Assembly: GCA_045863235.1 (NCBI GenBank)
Contig: BTUM01000002.1
Location: forward strand, 160,001-224,000
Source: Candidatus Xenobia bacterium
GTDB taxonomy: Bacteria; Vulcanimicrobiota; Xenobia; Xenobiales; QWHO01
Direction of reading: 5' to 3'
DNA length: 64,000 nt
Shown: piece after piece, positions 40,907 through 51,300 of the stretch
How positions within the stretch are numbered: position 1 is the stretch's first letter
How the letters are laid out: the number at the start of each line of letters is the position of its first letter
Notes under the pieces: model-generated
The model's input: only the letters and a program-made list of their open reading frames with translations
Database searches by the model: none
Told to the model about the DNA's origin: nothing
Made by a program: the position numbers and the translations under genes

Positions 40907-42034
40907 ATGTCCCGACGCCCCCTTCTTTCGGTGATCCTGGGAACCCTGGCCCTCTTCGGATTGAGCTTTGCCTTCTGTTGGATGCAGATGGCCAGCCTTT
41001 CCGAACGCCTGGTCCAGGAGCAAGAGACCGACCAGTTGAACATCCTGCGCTCCATTCTCGAGGAGAGCCGCTGGCGGGCCCTGGCTCAGGCCGAGTTCGT
41101 GGCCTCCATTCCGGAGGTCCAGAAGGCTGTCAGAGAACGCGATCGGGGTGCCCTGATCCGGCTGGTGGGCCCCATCATCGACACCCAGCGCCGCAAGTAC
41201 GGAGTCTCGGCGGCCAGCTTCTTCACCCGCGACAACACCGCACTGCTGCGCCTGGAGGCACCCGAGACCTTCGGCGATTCGGTGGCCGGCTACGCCCGCC
41301 GGGTGGTCGAGACCAACCGTTCCGGCGAGCCTCGGGCCGGGCCAGGCATCGATCGCCAGGGAGCAGAGATCTTCGGGGATGCCCCGGTGATGTCGGATGG
41401 CAAGCTTTACGGAACGTTCGAGCTGGGGATCTCGTGCTCGGAGCTGGTCAACCGACTGCACACCAGCTACGGCCTGGAGGCCGGCGTTCTCTTCGACCGC
41501 CAGTTGCTCGAGCAGGTGGCCACCCTGGAACGCTGGGACAGCTCGGCGGAGAACCTGGCCGGTCCCTACCTGCGCGTCTCGGCCACCGACTGGCCCTTGC
41601 TCCGCGATCTGCTCTCGCAGTGGCAGGGCGACTTTCTGCGCGAGCCCCAGACCTTCTCGGCCACCAGCCAGGGTCAAGAGTGCATCGTGACCGTGCTGCC
41701 CCTGGTGGACGGGGCAGGCGTGGCCATCGGCCAGCTCGTGGGCGTCAAGAAGCTTCCGCCTTTTCGGGTCCAGACCCGCAACGCCGCCATTCTGGCCGCC
41801 TCAGCCTGTCTGCTGGCCTTTGTTCTCAACTGCCTGCTGCTTCAGGTCGTTCTTCGGGGCATGCTCCTCTGGCCGGCGCGAGTGGTCGCAGAGCGGCTCC
41901 AGAACCTGGCCGATGGGGCTGATGCGCCCCCGGCCGGGGATCTGCGCCGCGATGCCCCGGCCCTGACCGAGCTCTACGCCGCCTATGAGAACATTCGCGA
42001 ACGCTGGCCCCGGCGGGAGAAACCCGAGCCGTGA
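40907..42034 (+). CDS. Membrane Cache (dCache_3-like) sensor with HAMP-like tail and no output domain
   Basis: TM, then DRGAL...LLRLEAPETFGD...GTFELG Cache pattern, second TM and about 55 aa HAMP-like end. Confidence 0.75.
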   Translation: MSRRPLLSVILGTLALFGLSFAFCWMQMASLSERLVQEQETDQLNILRSILEESRWRALAQAEFVASIPEVQKAVRERDRGALIRLVGPIIDTQRRKYGVSAASFFTRDNTALLRLEAPETFGDSVAGYARRVVETNRSGEPRAGPGIDRQGAEIFGDAPVMSDGKLYGTFELGISCSELVNRLHTSYGLEAGVLFDRQLLEQVATLERWDSSAENLAGPYLRVSATDWPLLRDLLSQWQGDFLREPQTFSATSQGQECIVTVLPLVDGAGVAIGQLVGVKKLPPFRVQTRNAAILAASACLLAFVLNCLLLQVVLRGMLLWPARVVAERLQNLADGADAPPAGDLRRDAPALTELYAAYENIRERWPRREKPEP

Positions 42035-43095
42035 GGGGATGGCTGCTCCTGGCATTCTTCGCGGCAATGCTCTGCGGTAAGGTCCCAGCCGAGCAGTTGC
42101 TCGACTTCCCACCCGACGTTCCGGTCCCGATTCCGGTTTCGGTGGGCGTGCGCCTGATCAAGCTGGAGGAGATCCGCGAATCCGAAGGGACCTTCTCGGC
42201 AACCCTGGATGTGCGCCTGGCCTGGACCGACCCCCGGTTGAGTACGGGAAGGAGAGGCCCTCGGCAGCTTGGCTCGCGGGCGGCCCGCGCCTCTCTGGAG
42301 GCTATCTGGGACCCGGGCGTCCAGATGCAAAACGAGCGAAGTGAGCAGTCCGACAGCGTGGTGGACGAGGCCCTGTGGATCTCCGAGAAGGGGGAAGTGG
42401 AGTGGATCCGCCGCATTCGCGGCAGCTTCGAGGCCGATTTTGACACCCGCAACTTCCCCTTTGACCGGCAGGACCTCTCGCTGAGCTTCCTGGGAGCTGA
42501 GTATGATCGCAACCAGATCACATTGGTGGCTGATGAGGCAGCCCAACAGTTTGCTCAAGGTCGTCTTCCCGAGATCTCAGGCTGGGAAATGCGTCGTGGA
42601 GCAGTGACTTCCTCGCTCGAATCCCACTGGAACGGCAACACCCACTCCCGAATCGCTTACGAATTCAGTGTGCGCCGCGACCCCTGGCGATACGTTGCGC
42701 CCATCTTCACACCCGTGCTGGCCACCTTGCTGGTTCCGGTCATCGCCATCTGGCTCAATCGCTGGGGCGAGAACACCCTCCAGATCGAGGCCTACGAGTT
42801 CATGAATCTGGCCGTGGGCGGGTTGTTCGCCACCATCGCCCTGACCCTGGCGGTCTATTCGTCGTATCCCTTCCTGTCCAGCGGACGCAACGTGGTGGGC
42901 TACCTCTTCACTCTCAATTACTTGCTTCTAGCGGTCGCCGGCCTGGTGATCCTGTTCCTCTTCCGGTCCCAGCGCGAGGAGATCCCCCGGTTCAGTCCGG
43001 GGGTAGCCTACGAGCTCTACCAGGGCGTGTGCTGGGCCATTCCGACGGCGGCGGTGATTGCGGCCGGAGCCATCTTCTTCACTGCTCTCCCCTGA
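42031..43095 (+). CDS. Pentameric ligand-gated ion channel (Pro-loop/Cys-loop superfamily) subunit
   Basis: Signal peptide, WTDPRL, IWDP (loop A), NFPFDRQ (Pro-loop), GW, pre-M1 VRR and four hydrophobic helices; 354 aa. Confidence 0.88.
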   Translation: MRGWLLLAFFAAMLCGKVPAEQLLDFPPDVPVPIPVSVGVRLIKLEEIRESEGTFSATLDVRLAWTDPRLSTGRRGPRQLGSRAARASLEAIWDPGVQMQNERSEQSDSVVDEALWISEKGEVEWIRRIRGSFEADFDTRNFPFDRQDLSLSFLGAEYDRNQITLVADEAAQQFAQGRLPEISGWEMRRGAVTSSLESHWNGNTHSRIAYEFSVRRDPWRYVAPIFTPVLATLLVPVIAIWLNRWGENTLQIEAYEFMNLAVGGLFATIALTLAVYSSYPFLSSGRNVVGYLFTLNYLLLAVAGLVILFLFRSQREEIPRFSPGVAYELYQGVCWAIPTAAVIAAGAIFFTALP

Positions 43096-43103
43096 AGCGA
43101 GCC

Positions 43104-44195
43104 TCAATGCGAATGGTCGTCCTTGAACCTGCTCGCGATCTCGCGAAACTCGTCAGCGCAGGCTACGAAAGCATCCACCAGGTCCGGATCGAAGTGCTTG
43201 CCGCGCCCCTCGCAGATGATCTCCACCGCCTTCTCATGCGAAAAGGCAGGCTTGTAGCAACGCTTGGAGATCAGGGCGTCATACACGTCGGCGATGGCCA
43301 TGATGCGCCCTGGGAGGGGGATCGCGTCCCCCTGCACTCCATCCGGATACCCGGTGCCATCCCATTTCTCGTGGTGCGAATAGGCGATCTCTCGGGCCAG
43401 TTGCAGGAAAGAGCTGGTGGAGCCGAGCATCTGCTCGGCCCGCAGCAGGGCGTCGCGGCCCAGAGTGGGGTGCTTCTTCATCTCAGCGAACTCTTCGTCG
43501 GTCAGCTTGTCGGGCTTGAGCAGAATCCGGTCGGCCACTCCCACCTTGCCGATGTCATGCAGCGGAGCTGATTTGGTCATCAGGTCGACGGTGCGCTCAT
43601 CAAACTGCTCGTAGCCCGGCTGGGTGCTGAGGTAGCGGGCCAGGGCCCCCACGTACATCTGAGTGCGCCGGATGTGCCCCCCGGTCTCGTTGTCCCGGGT
43701 TTCGGCCAGCGAGGCCAGGCTCTGGATCGTCACGTCCTGGGTGAGCTTGAGCTCGGCCGTCCGCTCGGCCACCAGCCGCTCCAGAATCTCGTTCTGGTTC
43801 TTCATGTAGTCGCGGGCCAGCTTCAGCTCCAGGTGGTTCTTGACCCGGGCTTTGACGATCGGCGGTGAGATCGGTTTGGTGATGTAGTCCACCGCGCCCA
43901 ACTCCAGGCCCCTGGTCTCGTCTTGCACCTCGCCCATGGCGGTGACGAAAATCACCGGAATGTCGTGCGTTTTCTCGTCCGCCTTGAGACGTCGACAGAC
44001 CTCGTAGCCGTCCATTCCGGGCATCATGATATCCAGCAGAATCAAGTCCGGCGCCGGGGTGTCAGCCACCCGCTGCAGGGCCTGATCGCCGTTCTTGGCC
44101 ACGGCCAATTTGAACTCGGCTTTGAAGAGCTCGACAAGAACGTTGAGATTGAGAGGCTCGTCGTCCACGATGAGCAGCTTGGAGTTCTGGGTCAA
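43104..44195 (-). CDS. REC-HD-GYP response regulator (RpfG-like c-di-GMP phosphodiesterase)
   Basis: IVDD, LLDIMMP, HDIGK, HHEKWDGTGYP and ADVYDAL. Confidence 0.95.
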   Translation of the reverse strand: MTQNSKLLIVDDEPLNLNVLVELFKAEFKLAVAKNGDQALQRVADTPAPDLILLDIMMPGMDGYEVCRRLKADEKTHDIPVIFVTAMGEVQDETRGLELGAVDYITKPISPPIVKARVKNHLELKLARDYMKNQNEILERLVAERTAELKLTQDVTIQSLASLAETRDNETGGHIRRTQMYVGALARYLSTQPGYEQFDERTVDLMTKSAPLHDIGKVGVADRILLKPDKLTDEEFAEMKKHPTLGRDALLRAEQMLGSTSSFLQLAREIAYSHHEKWDGTGYPDGVQGDAIPLPGRIMAIADVYDALISKRCYKPAFSHEKAVEIICEGRGKHFDPDLVDAFVACADEFREIASRFKDDHSH

Positions 44196-47100
44196 GGTCC
44201 TACCTCCACACCGAGTTTCAATTTGCGGGCGATGTCTTCCAGCGTCCGGGCGGCTTCGTCAAAGTCCAAGTCGTCCACCTGCCGATGGAGCAAGGCCACC
44301 TCGGCGCCGCCGACGCCGGACAGAAAAGGCTGAAGCTCCTCCAGGCGAGGGCCGGCGCCCGGGTCGCCCTGACGCAACAGCTTGAGCAGAGCCTCAACCT
44401 TCTCGGTCGGATCTCCGGGGAGGCCGGCGGGCCGGGCCTCCGGGCCGGGCTGCAGGGCGCCCAGAGCCGGCAGAACGGCAGCCAGACCGGACTCCACCGC
44501 CTGCACGAGAGCCGACTCCACCTGAGAAGCGCGAGCCGCCTTCTCCAACTCGCGAGCGGCCTTCTCGACCCCGCCGATGCCCAGGTTCGCCGACACGCCC
44601 GCCAGCGAGTGGGCCTGCTGGGAGATCGACTCGAAGTCTTGCTTCTCCAGGCTGGCGCGTAACCTCTCTCCGGCCTGCGAGAAGCGCGAGCGATAGTCCC
44701 CGAGCAGCTTGCGATAGAGCTTGAGATTGCCGCCCAGACGGGCCAGACCGCTACTGGTGTCCACCCCGGGCAGGGGCGGTAACCCTTCCGACGCGCTGGT
44801 CAACCAGCGGGCCAGGGCCGCCCTCAGGGCCCGAGGATCGATGGGCTTGGCCAGGTGGTCGTTCATCCCGGCCTCCAGGCAACGCTCCCGGTCGCCGACC
44901 ATGGCGTGGGCGGTCATGGCGACGATGGGCAAGCCGGTCAGCGAGCTGTCCGAGCGGATGCGCCGGGTCGCCTCCCAGCCGTCCATCACCGGCATCTGAA
45001 GGTCCATCAGGACGAGGTCGAACCCCTCGCGGGCCAGAGCGTCCAGCACCTCCTGGCCGTTGGCGGCGATGCTGACCCGCATGCCCATCTGCTGCAACAT
45101 TTCACCGGCCACTTGCTGGTTGATCTCGTCATCCTCAGCCAGCAAGATGTGCGCCGCTCGAAGCTTCACCGGCTCTTCGGATGCGCTCGAGGCGGCTGCT
45201 CGCGCCTCCCCCCCGATGACCCGGGCAATGGCCTCGAACAAGAGCGTGGGAGTCACCGGCTTGAGCACGAAGCCGTCCAGGTTCTCCAGGCCGGCCTTGC
45301 CGTCACGCATCTCGTCGCGGCCGTAGTTGGTGACCATCAGAATATAGGGTCGGCGTGTCCCGGAGAACCGTTTGTGGATCTCTCGCGAGGTTTCCAGGCC
45401 GCTCATGCCCGACATCCGCCAGTCCATCAAGACCACCTCGTAGCGGCTCTGCTCGAGCAAGGAGAGAGCCTCGCCTCCCGAGCCCGCGGTGGCCACCTCA
45501 AAGGCCATCGAGGCCAGCATCTCGGCCAGGATCTTGCGGGCGGTGGGTCGATCGTCCACCACCAGCACCCGGGTCCCCTTGAGATCGAGCTGCACGCTCG
45601 GGCCGCCGGTCGGCTTGCGGTCCTGAAGGCGGCAGCGGATGGTAAAGCTGAACGTGCTTCCCTGGCCGGGCCGACTGCTCACCTCGATGTTTCCCCCCAT
45701 CATCTCGACGAGCCGTTTGCAGATGATCAGGCCCAGACCCCCTCCTCGGGTGTGGGCCTCGGTAAAGGGTTGAAAGAGCTGCTCGAGCTGCTTCTGGGTC
45801 ATGCCCTGGCCCGTATCCTGGACGGTGAAGCGCAAAGTGGCTGAATCCTGGTCGCGCTCGAGCAGGCTGCTGCGCACCACGATGTCTCCGTTCTGGGTAA
45901 ACTTGACCGCGTTGGAGACCAGGTTGGTCAGCACTTGAGCCAGCCGCAAAGGAGCTCCGATGAGGTGCTCGGGCACGTCGGCCTCGCGCAGGAAAAACAT
46001 CTCCAGGCCCTTCTCCGCGGCCTTGACCGTGAACAGACCGAGCACGTCGTCGAGCACTGTGCTCAGGTTGAAGTCCACCTGCTCGAGCTTGCGCTCGCCC
46101 GCATCCAGCTTGGAGAAATCCAGCACGTCGTTGATGGTTCCCAGGTCGCTCATGATGCCCAGCAGCGATTGAGCCGAGCCCTGGATCTTCATCAGGTAGT
46201 CGCGCTGGTTGGCGGTCAGCTCGGTCTGCAGAGCCAGGTGACAAAGGCCGATCACGGCATTCATGGGTGTTCGAATCTCGTGGCTCATCCGGGCCAGGAA
46301 CTCGGACTTGGCCAGGTTGGCGGCATCGGCTTCCAACCGGGCGCTGAGCAGCTTGTTCTCCATGGCCTTTCGCTCGGTGATCTCGGTAGCAAACGAGCTG
46401 ACGGCATAGGGCTGACCCTGGGCATCGAGCAGGGGCACCTCGCTGACCAGGTAGGTCCGGGTGACGCCCTCCGGGGTCACCTGCTGCTCCTCGAACTGCA
46501 GCGGCTGGCGCGACTCGAGCACCTGGCGATCGCGCTCACGCCTCTCGGCGGCTAGCTCGGGGGAAAACAGCTCCTGATCGGTCTGGCCCACCACTTGCTC
46601 GAGCGTGCGGCCCACCCGGGTGGCGAAGGTCCTGTTGACCATCAGGTAACGCCCTGTCGGGTCCTTGAGATAGATGGGGTCGGTGGCGTTGTCGATGATG
46701 GCCTGCAGGCGCCGCTCGCTCTCTTCGATCACCTCGCGCGCCAGCTTCTGCTCGGTAATGTCGAGCAGGATGCCATCGAGCCACTCGGGGGTGCCGTCCG
46801 GCCGACAGATCGCCTGACCGGTGTCCTCCACCCAGAGCGAGCGCCCATCGCGATGCTGAAAACGGTATTGAGTCTTCCAGGGGCGCCCGGCCAGCACGGC
46901 TTCGTCCACGGCCGCCCGGGCCTGCTCCAGGTCGGCGGGCACGATCAAGCTGTCCAGCCGACGCCGGTCCCCTTCCAGGAACTCGCCGGCAGGATAACCG
47001 CACAGCTCCTCGATCCGGTCGCTGACGAACTCGACGCGTCGCTGCGCGTCGGCCTGGCAGCGATAGACGGCTCCAGGCAGATTCGCGACCAGCACGTTGA

Positions 47101-48238
47101 AGCGCTGGCTCTCCAGGTCTTGAATCTGCTCCTCGCGGTCGAGCAGCACCTCGCTCATGGTGTGAAAGGAGTAGAACAGGTCACCCAGCTCGTCTTCCCG
47201 GGTGGGAGGAAGCTCCTGGAGCGGCTGACCCTTGGCAAAAAGGTCCATCTGATCGCGCAGCTTGAGAACCGGTGAGGTGATCCAACCCATCACCAACCAC
47301 ATGGCCACGGCTGCGCCCAGCAGCGTGAGGAGCTCGGTGGCGGCCCGCCGGCCCAGCTGGCGCGTCTCGCTGGCCAGCAGCGACGACTCGGAAACCTGCC
47401 AGCCCAGGCTCCAACCAGTCCGCTGGAGGGGCACATAGACCGCCACGGCCGGACCCTGCGTCCCCTGCACCACCACCGTACCGGGCCCCTCGTGACGGGT
47501 CAGCTTCAAGGCATAGCTCAGCTGGTCATCCTGACGACTGCGCCGGGCCTGCTCGAGCAGGTTGGCATTGCCTGCCCCCCCCACCACGAACCTGCCGGTG
47601 CTGGTGACGATCATCGGGCTCTTGCCGCCCGCTCGCAGATCGGCCAGGCTCTTGAGCGTGGAAAGTGCGATGTCCACGGTGACCACGCCGGCGAACTGGT
47701 CTCCGCGGTAGAACGGCGCCGAGAAGGTGGTGACGAAGACTCCCTGGCCGCCAGGAGCGGTGGAAGGCTCCGACCAGTGGGGCCTGCGATCACGGCTGGT
47801 GACACGATACCACTCATAACGCTCTTCGGTGTAATCGAGTCGGCCAGCCAGATCGGTGCGCACCATCCGGTCGCCCTGCCGCATGACGCTGGGGCAAAAA
47901 AGCTGCCGGTCCGAGCCCGGCGCGAAGGCCACCGTGGCGCCGAACAGGGCCGGATTTCCCTCCAGCGTCGACTCGAGCAGGGCATAGATGCGCTCGGGAG
48001 ACTCCCTGCTCTCGCGGGCCAGGCCGCTTGCCAGCACGCCCACGGCCCGCTCGGCGCTCTCAAAGAACGCATCCAGACGGCTGGCCTCGAAGACCGCCTC
48101 GGACTCGACCTCGCGCCGCTTGAGGTCACGAACATCGTGGTGGAGGTTGAGCAGGTCGCGGGCCAGCGATACCAGCGTGATGGCCACGATGGGGATCAGC
48201 ACCAGCAACGTGTATTTGACTCGGATGGAACGAAACAC
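44192..48238 (-). CDS. Hybrid sensor histidine kinase (Cache-HAMP-2xPAS-HisKA-HATPase-2xREC-HPt)
   Basis: [21 protein letters not shown], two REC domains and AHSLAG HPt; GTG start at 48238 inferred. Confidence 0.92.
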   Translation of the reverse strand: MFRSIRVKYTLLVLIPIVAITLVSLARDLLNLHHDVRDLKRREVESEAVFEASRLDAFFESAERAVGVLASGLARESRESPERIYALLESTLEGNPALFGATVAFAPGSDRQLFCPSVMRQGDRMVRTDLAGRLDYTEERYEWYRVTSRDRRPHWSEPSTAPGGQGVFVTTFSAPFYRGDQFAGVVTVDIALSTLKSLADLRAGGKSPMIVTSTGRFVVGGAGNANLLEQARRSRQDDQLSYALKLTRHEGPGTVVVQGTQGPAVAVYVPLQRTGWSLGWQVSESSLLASETRQLGRRAATELLTLLGAAVAMWLVMGWITSPVLKLRDQMDLFAKGQPLQELPPTREDELGDLFYSFHTMSEVLLDREEQIQDLESQRFNVLVANLPGAVYRCQADAQRRVEFVSDRIEELCGYPAGEFLEGDRRRLDSLIVPADLEQARAAVDEAVLAGRPWKTQYRFQHRDGRSLWVEDTGQAICRPDGTPEWLDGILLDITEQKLAREVIEESERRLQAIIDNATDPIYLKDPTGRYLMVNRTFATRVGRTLEQVVGQTDQELFSPELAAERRERDRQVLESRQPLQFEEQQVTPEGVTRTYLVSEVPLLDAQGQPYAVSSFATEITERKAMENKLLSARLEADAANLAKSEFLARMSHEIRTPMNAVIGLCHLALQTELTANQRDYLMKIQGSAQSLLGIMSDLGTINDVLDFSKLDAGERKLEQVDFNLSTVLDDVLGLFTVKAAEKGLEMFFLREADVPEHLIGAPLRLAQVLTNLVSNAVKFTQNGDIVVRSSLLERDQDSATLRFTVQDTGQGMTQKQLEQLFQPFTEAHTRGGGLGLIICKRLVEMMGGNIEVSSRPGQGSTFSFTIRCRLQDRKPTGGPSVQLDLKGTRVLVVDDRPTARKILAEMLASMAFEVATAGSGGEALSLLEQSRYEVVLMDWRMSGMSGLETSREIHKRFSGTRRPYILMVTNYGRDEMRDGKAGLENLDGFVLKPVTPTLLFEAIARVIGGEARAAASSASEEPVKLRAAHILLAEDDEINQQVAGEMLQQMGMRVSIAANGQEVLDALAREGFDLVLMDLQMPVMDGWEATRRIRSDSSLTGLPIVAMTAHAMVGDRERCLEAGMNDHLAKPIDPRALRAALARWLTSASEGLPPLPGVDTSSGLARLGGNLKLYRKLLGDYRSRFSQAGERLRASLEKQDFESISQQAHSLAGVSANLGIGGVEKAARELEKAARASQVESALVQAVESGLAAVLPALGALQPGPEARPAGLPGDPTEKVEALLKLLRQGDPGAGPRLEELQPFLSGVGGAEVALLHRQVDDLDFDEAARTLEDIARKLKLGVEVGP

Positions 48239-48393
48239 GAGCTCTCCGTCTTGCCGGGCACGGCCCCGGCGACGAAGTGTAGTTGCACATCGGCTCGAAC
48301 GTCCCTGTTTGAGACAACCCTTCACTTCTCTAACCGGACAAAAGATGCCCCGCCCACAGAAGATTCCCAACCGGGCTGGACGAAGGGACCGCC

Positions 48394-51300
48394 ATGACGA
48401 TCGCCCGCCGCCTGACCCTGCAAGCAATCCTCCCCCTGTTACTGCTCGCGGGTCTGGGGTTTCTGGTGCGCAGCAAGCTGGCCCAGATCGAGGAGAGAAC
48501 AAGATTCCTGGCTCTTCAAGCGGAGAGTCTGAGGGCGGTGGCGGGAATCTCGGCGGCAAACTTCAGCATGCGCATCTCGATGCGCAACATGCTCCTGGGT
48601 CGAAACCCTGAAGAGCGGTCCGAGGCCCGAGCCGATTTTGAGGCAGCCTCGCTCCGATCCCAGCAGCTCCTGAGCGACTATGAAGCCAGGATGATCAGCA
48701 GCGAGGCCGATGGGAGGATGCTTTCGAGTTTTCGTGCCGGCCAGCAAGAGTGGGAAGTCACGGCTCGCAGCTTCCTTTCGAAGGCCGAGGCCGACCCCGA
48801 GGGAACTCTTCGTGTGCTCCCCCCCCAGCGGGTGCTCCAGCAGTCTGGGCTGGCCGTGAGCCGGTCGCTGGAGGCCTGGATCAAGCTCAATGAAGAGCTG
48901 GCCGCGGGGGCGGAGCAGGATGCTCTGCGGGCAATTCAGAGCGCACGACGAGACATCAGCCTGGCCCTGCTGCTGTCCCTGATGCTGTCTGCCTGGCTGA
49001 GCTTCTGGACCTACCGGAGGATCGTCCACCCCATCAGGACGCTGCGCAACTCGGTTGAGACCATCGCGGCCGGAGACTATACTCAGGTCGTCCCGCTGGC
49101 CAGAGTCCCGGGCGAGATCGGCAAGCTCTCCCGGGCGATCCAGGTGCTCAAGCAGGGAGCCGCGGCGGCCGACGAGATGCGCTGGGTTGAAAGCAATGCC
49201 TCCAACCTTTCGGCCGGGTTAAAAGGGGCTGCCACTTTGCAGGAGTTCGGGCAGCGATTGCTCTCGGGCCTGGTGCCCGTGCTCGGGGGCGGGGTGGCCG
49301 GATTGTTCCATCTCGATGAGAACGATGGAATTCTGCGCCGCATAGCCGGGTACGGCCTGGCCGAGGACGAGGGGGCCGGCCTGGCGTTCCGACCGGGGGA
49401 AGGACTGGTAGGCGAGTGTGCGCGGGAACGAGCGCCTATCACGCTGAGCGGCCTGCCGGCTGACTATCTGCGCATCTCGTCCGGGGTGGGCCAGGCTCCT
49501 CCGGCCCAGGTTTCGGTGTGGCCGGTCCTGTCCCGGGATGCGGTGCTGGGCGTGCTCGAGCTGGCCAGTCTCCGGCCCCTGACTCCGCTCCAGAAGGAGC
49601 TGCTGGACGCGTTGCTGCCCGACGTGGGCATGAGCCTGGAGATCCTGCAGCGCAACCTTCACACGCAGGAGCTGCTGGGGGAAACCCGTGAGCAGGCCCG
49701 CGAGCTGGAGGAGCGCGCCATCGAGCTGACCCGCTCGCAGCGCGAGCTGCTGACTCAGAGAGAGAAGCTGGTGGCCCAGGGTCAGGAGCTGGCCCAGGCC
49801 AAACAGGCCGCCGAAGCTGCCACAGCCATGAAATCGATGTTCCTGGCCAACATGAGCCATGAGATCAGGACCCCGATGAACGCCATCATCGGTCTGTCGC
49901 ACCTGGCCCTCAAAACCCCGCTCAACCCCAAGCAGAAAGACTACGTCAGCAAGATCCACAATGCCGGCACATCGCTCCTGGGCATCATCAACGACATCCT
50001 GGACGTGTCCAAGATCGAAGCCGGCAAGCTCGATCTCGAGACCACCGACTTTCTCCTCGACGAAGTCATCAGCTCGGTCACCACCCTGACCGCCCAGAAA
50101 GCCCACGAGAAGGGGCTGGAGTTCTTGTTCGACGTCTCCCGCTCGATCCCCGAGGAGCTTCGAGGCGACCCGCTCCGGCTCGGTCAGGTGCTCACCAACC
50201 TGGTCAACAATGCCATCAAGTTCACCGAGAAAGGCGAGATCCGCGTCAAAATCGAGCTGGGCGAGCGCACCGGGGACAAGGTGCAGATCAAGTGCCTGAT
50301 CCGCGATACCGGGATTGGCATGTCTAAAGAGCAAGCGGCCAGGCTCTTCCAGCCCTTCACCCAGGCCGACATGTCCACCACCCGCAAGCATGGGGGCACC
50401 GGCCTGGGGCTGACCATCGCCCGCCGACTGGTGGAGATGATGGGCGGCCAGATCTGGCTCGAGAGCGAGCCCGGGGTGGGCACCACCTTCCACTTCACCG
50501 TCTGGCTGGGAGTTGGCTCGGAGAAACGCTCCGGGAGGGTGGTGCCGGCCAGCCTGCCCAGCCTGCGGGCCCTGGTGGTGGACGACAACCCTTCGGCCCG
50601 GGAGATTCTGCAGGACCTGCTGACCTCGGTCACCGGTCAGGTCGACCTGGTGGGCTCGGGAATCGAAGCGCTGGAAGCCATTCAGCGTCACGACGCCGAC
50701 CAGCCCTACGACATCGTCTTCATGGACTGGCGCATGCCCGGGATGGACGGTCTCACGGCCAGTCGCCAGATTCGCAGCCTGGAATCACTCAAGCGCCAGC
50801 CGGCCATCGTGATGGTGACCGCCTTCGGCCGTGACGAAGTGCGCGAGGAGGCCGAGCGGGTGGGCCTGGATGGCTTCCTGGTCAAGCCGGTCACCAAGTC
50901 GATGATCGTGGACACGCTGGTGAGCGTGTTTGCCGAGCCAGGCGAGGTGCAGGCCCACGAGTTGGCAGAGAGCAGGCTCCTGAACGGAGTCCGCATTCTG
51001 CTGGCGGAAGACAACGAGATCAACCAGCAGATCGCCGTCGAGCTGCTGGAAGGCTCGGGAGCCGTCGTGCGAGTGGCCAACAACGGTCAGGAGGCGGTGG
51101 ACGCAGTCTTTGGCGAGCCTCAGCCTCCCCCGTTCGACGTGGTGCTGATGGACCTTCAGATGCCCGTGCTCGACGGCTACCAGGCTACCGCCAGGATCCG
51201 CTCCGATGCACGCTTTGCCGAGCTTCCCATCCTGGCCATGACCGCTCACGCCACCATCGAGGAACGCCAGAAGTGCCTCGAGTCGGGCATGAACGACCAC

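Noticed and set aside
48239..48559. Extended N-terminus of the 1455-aa kinase ORF overlapping the divergent kinase
   Set aside because: The extension is not protein-like; the first TM follows the GTG at 48238.
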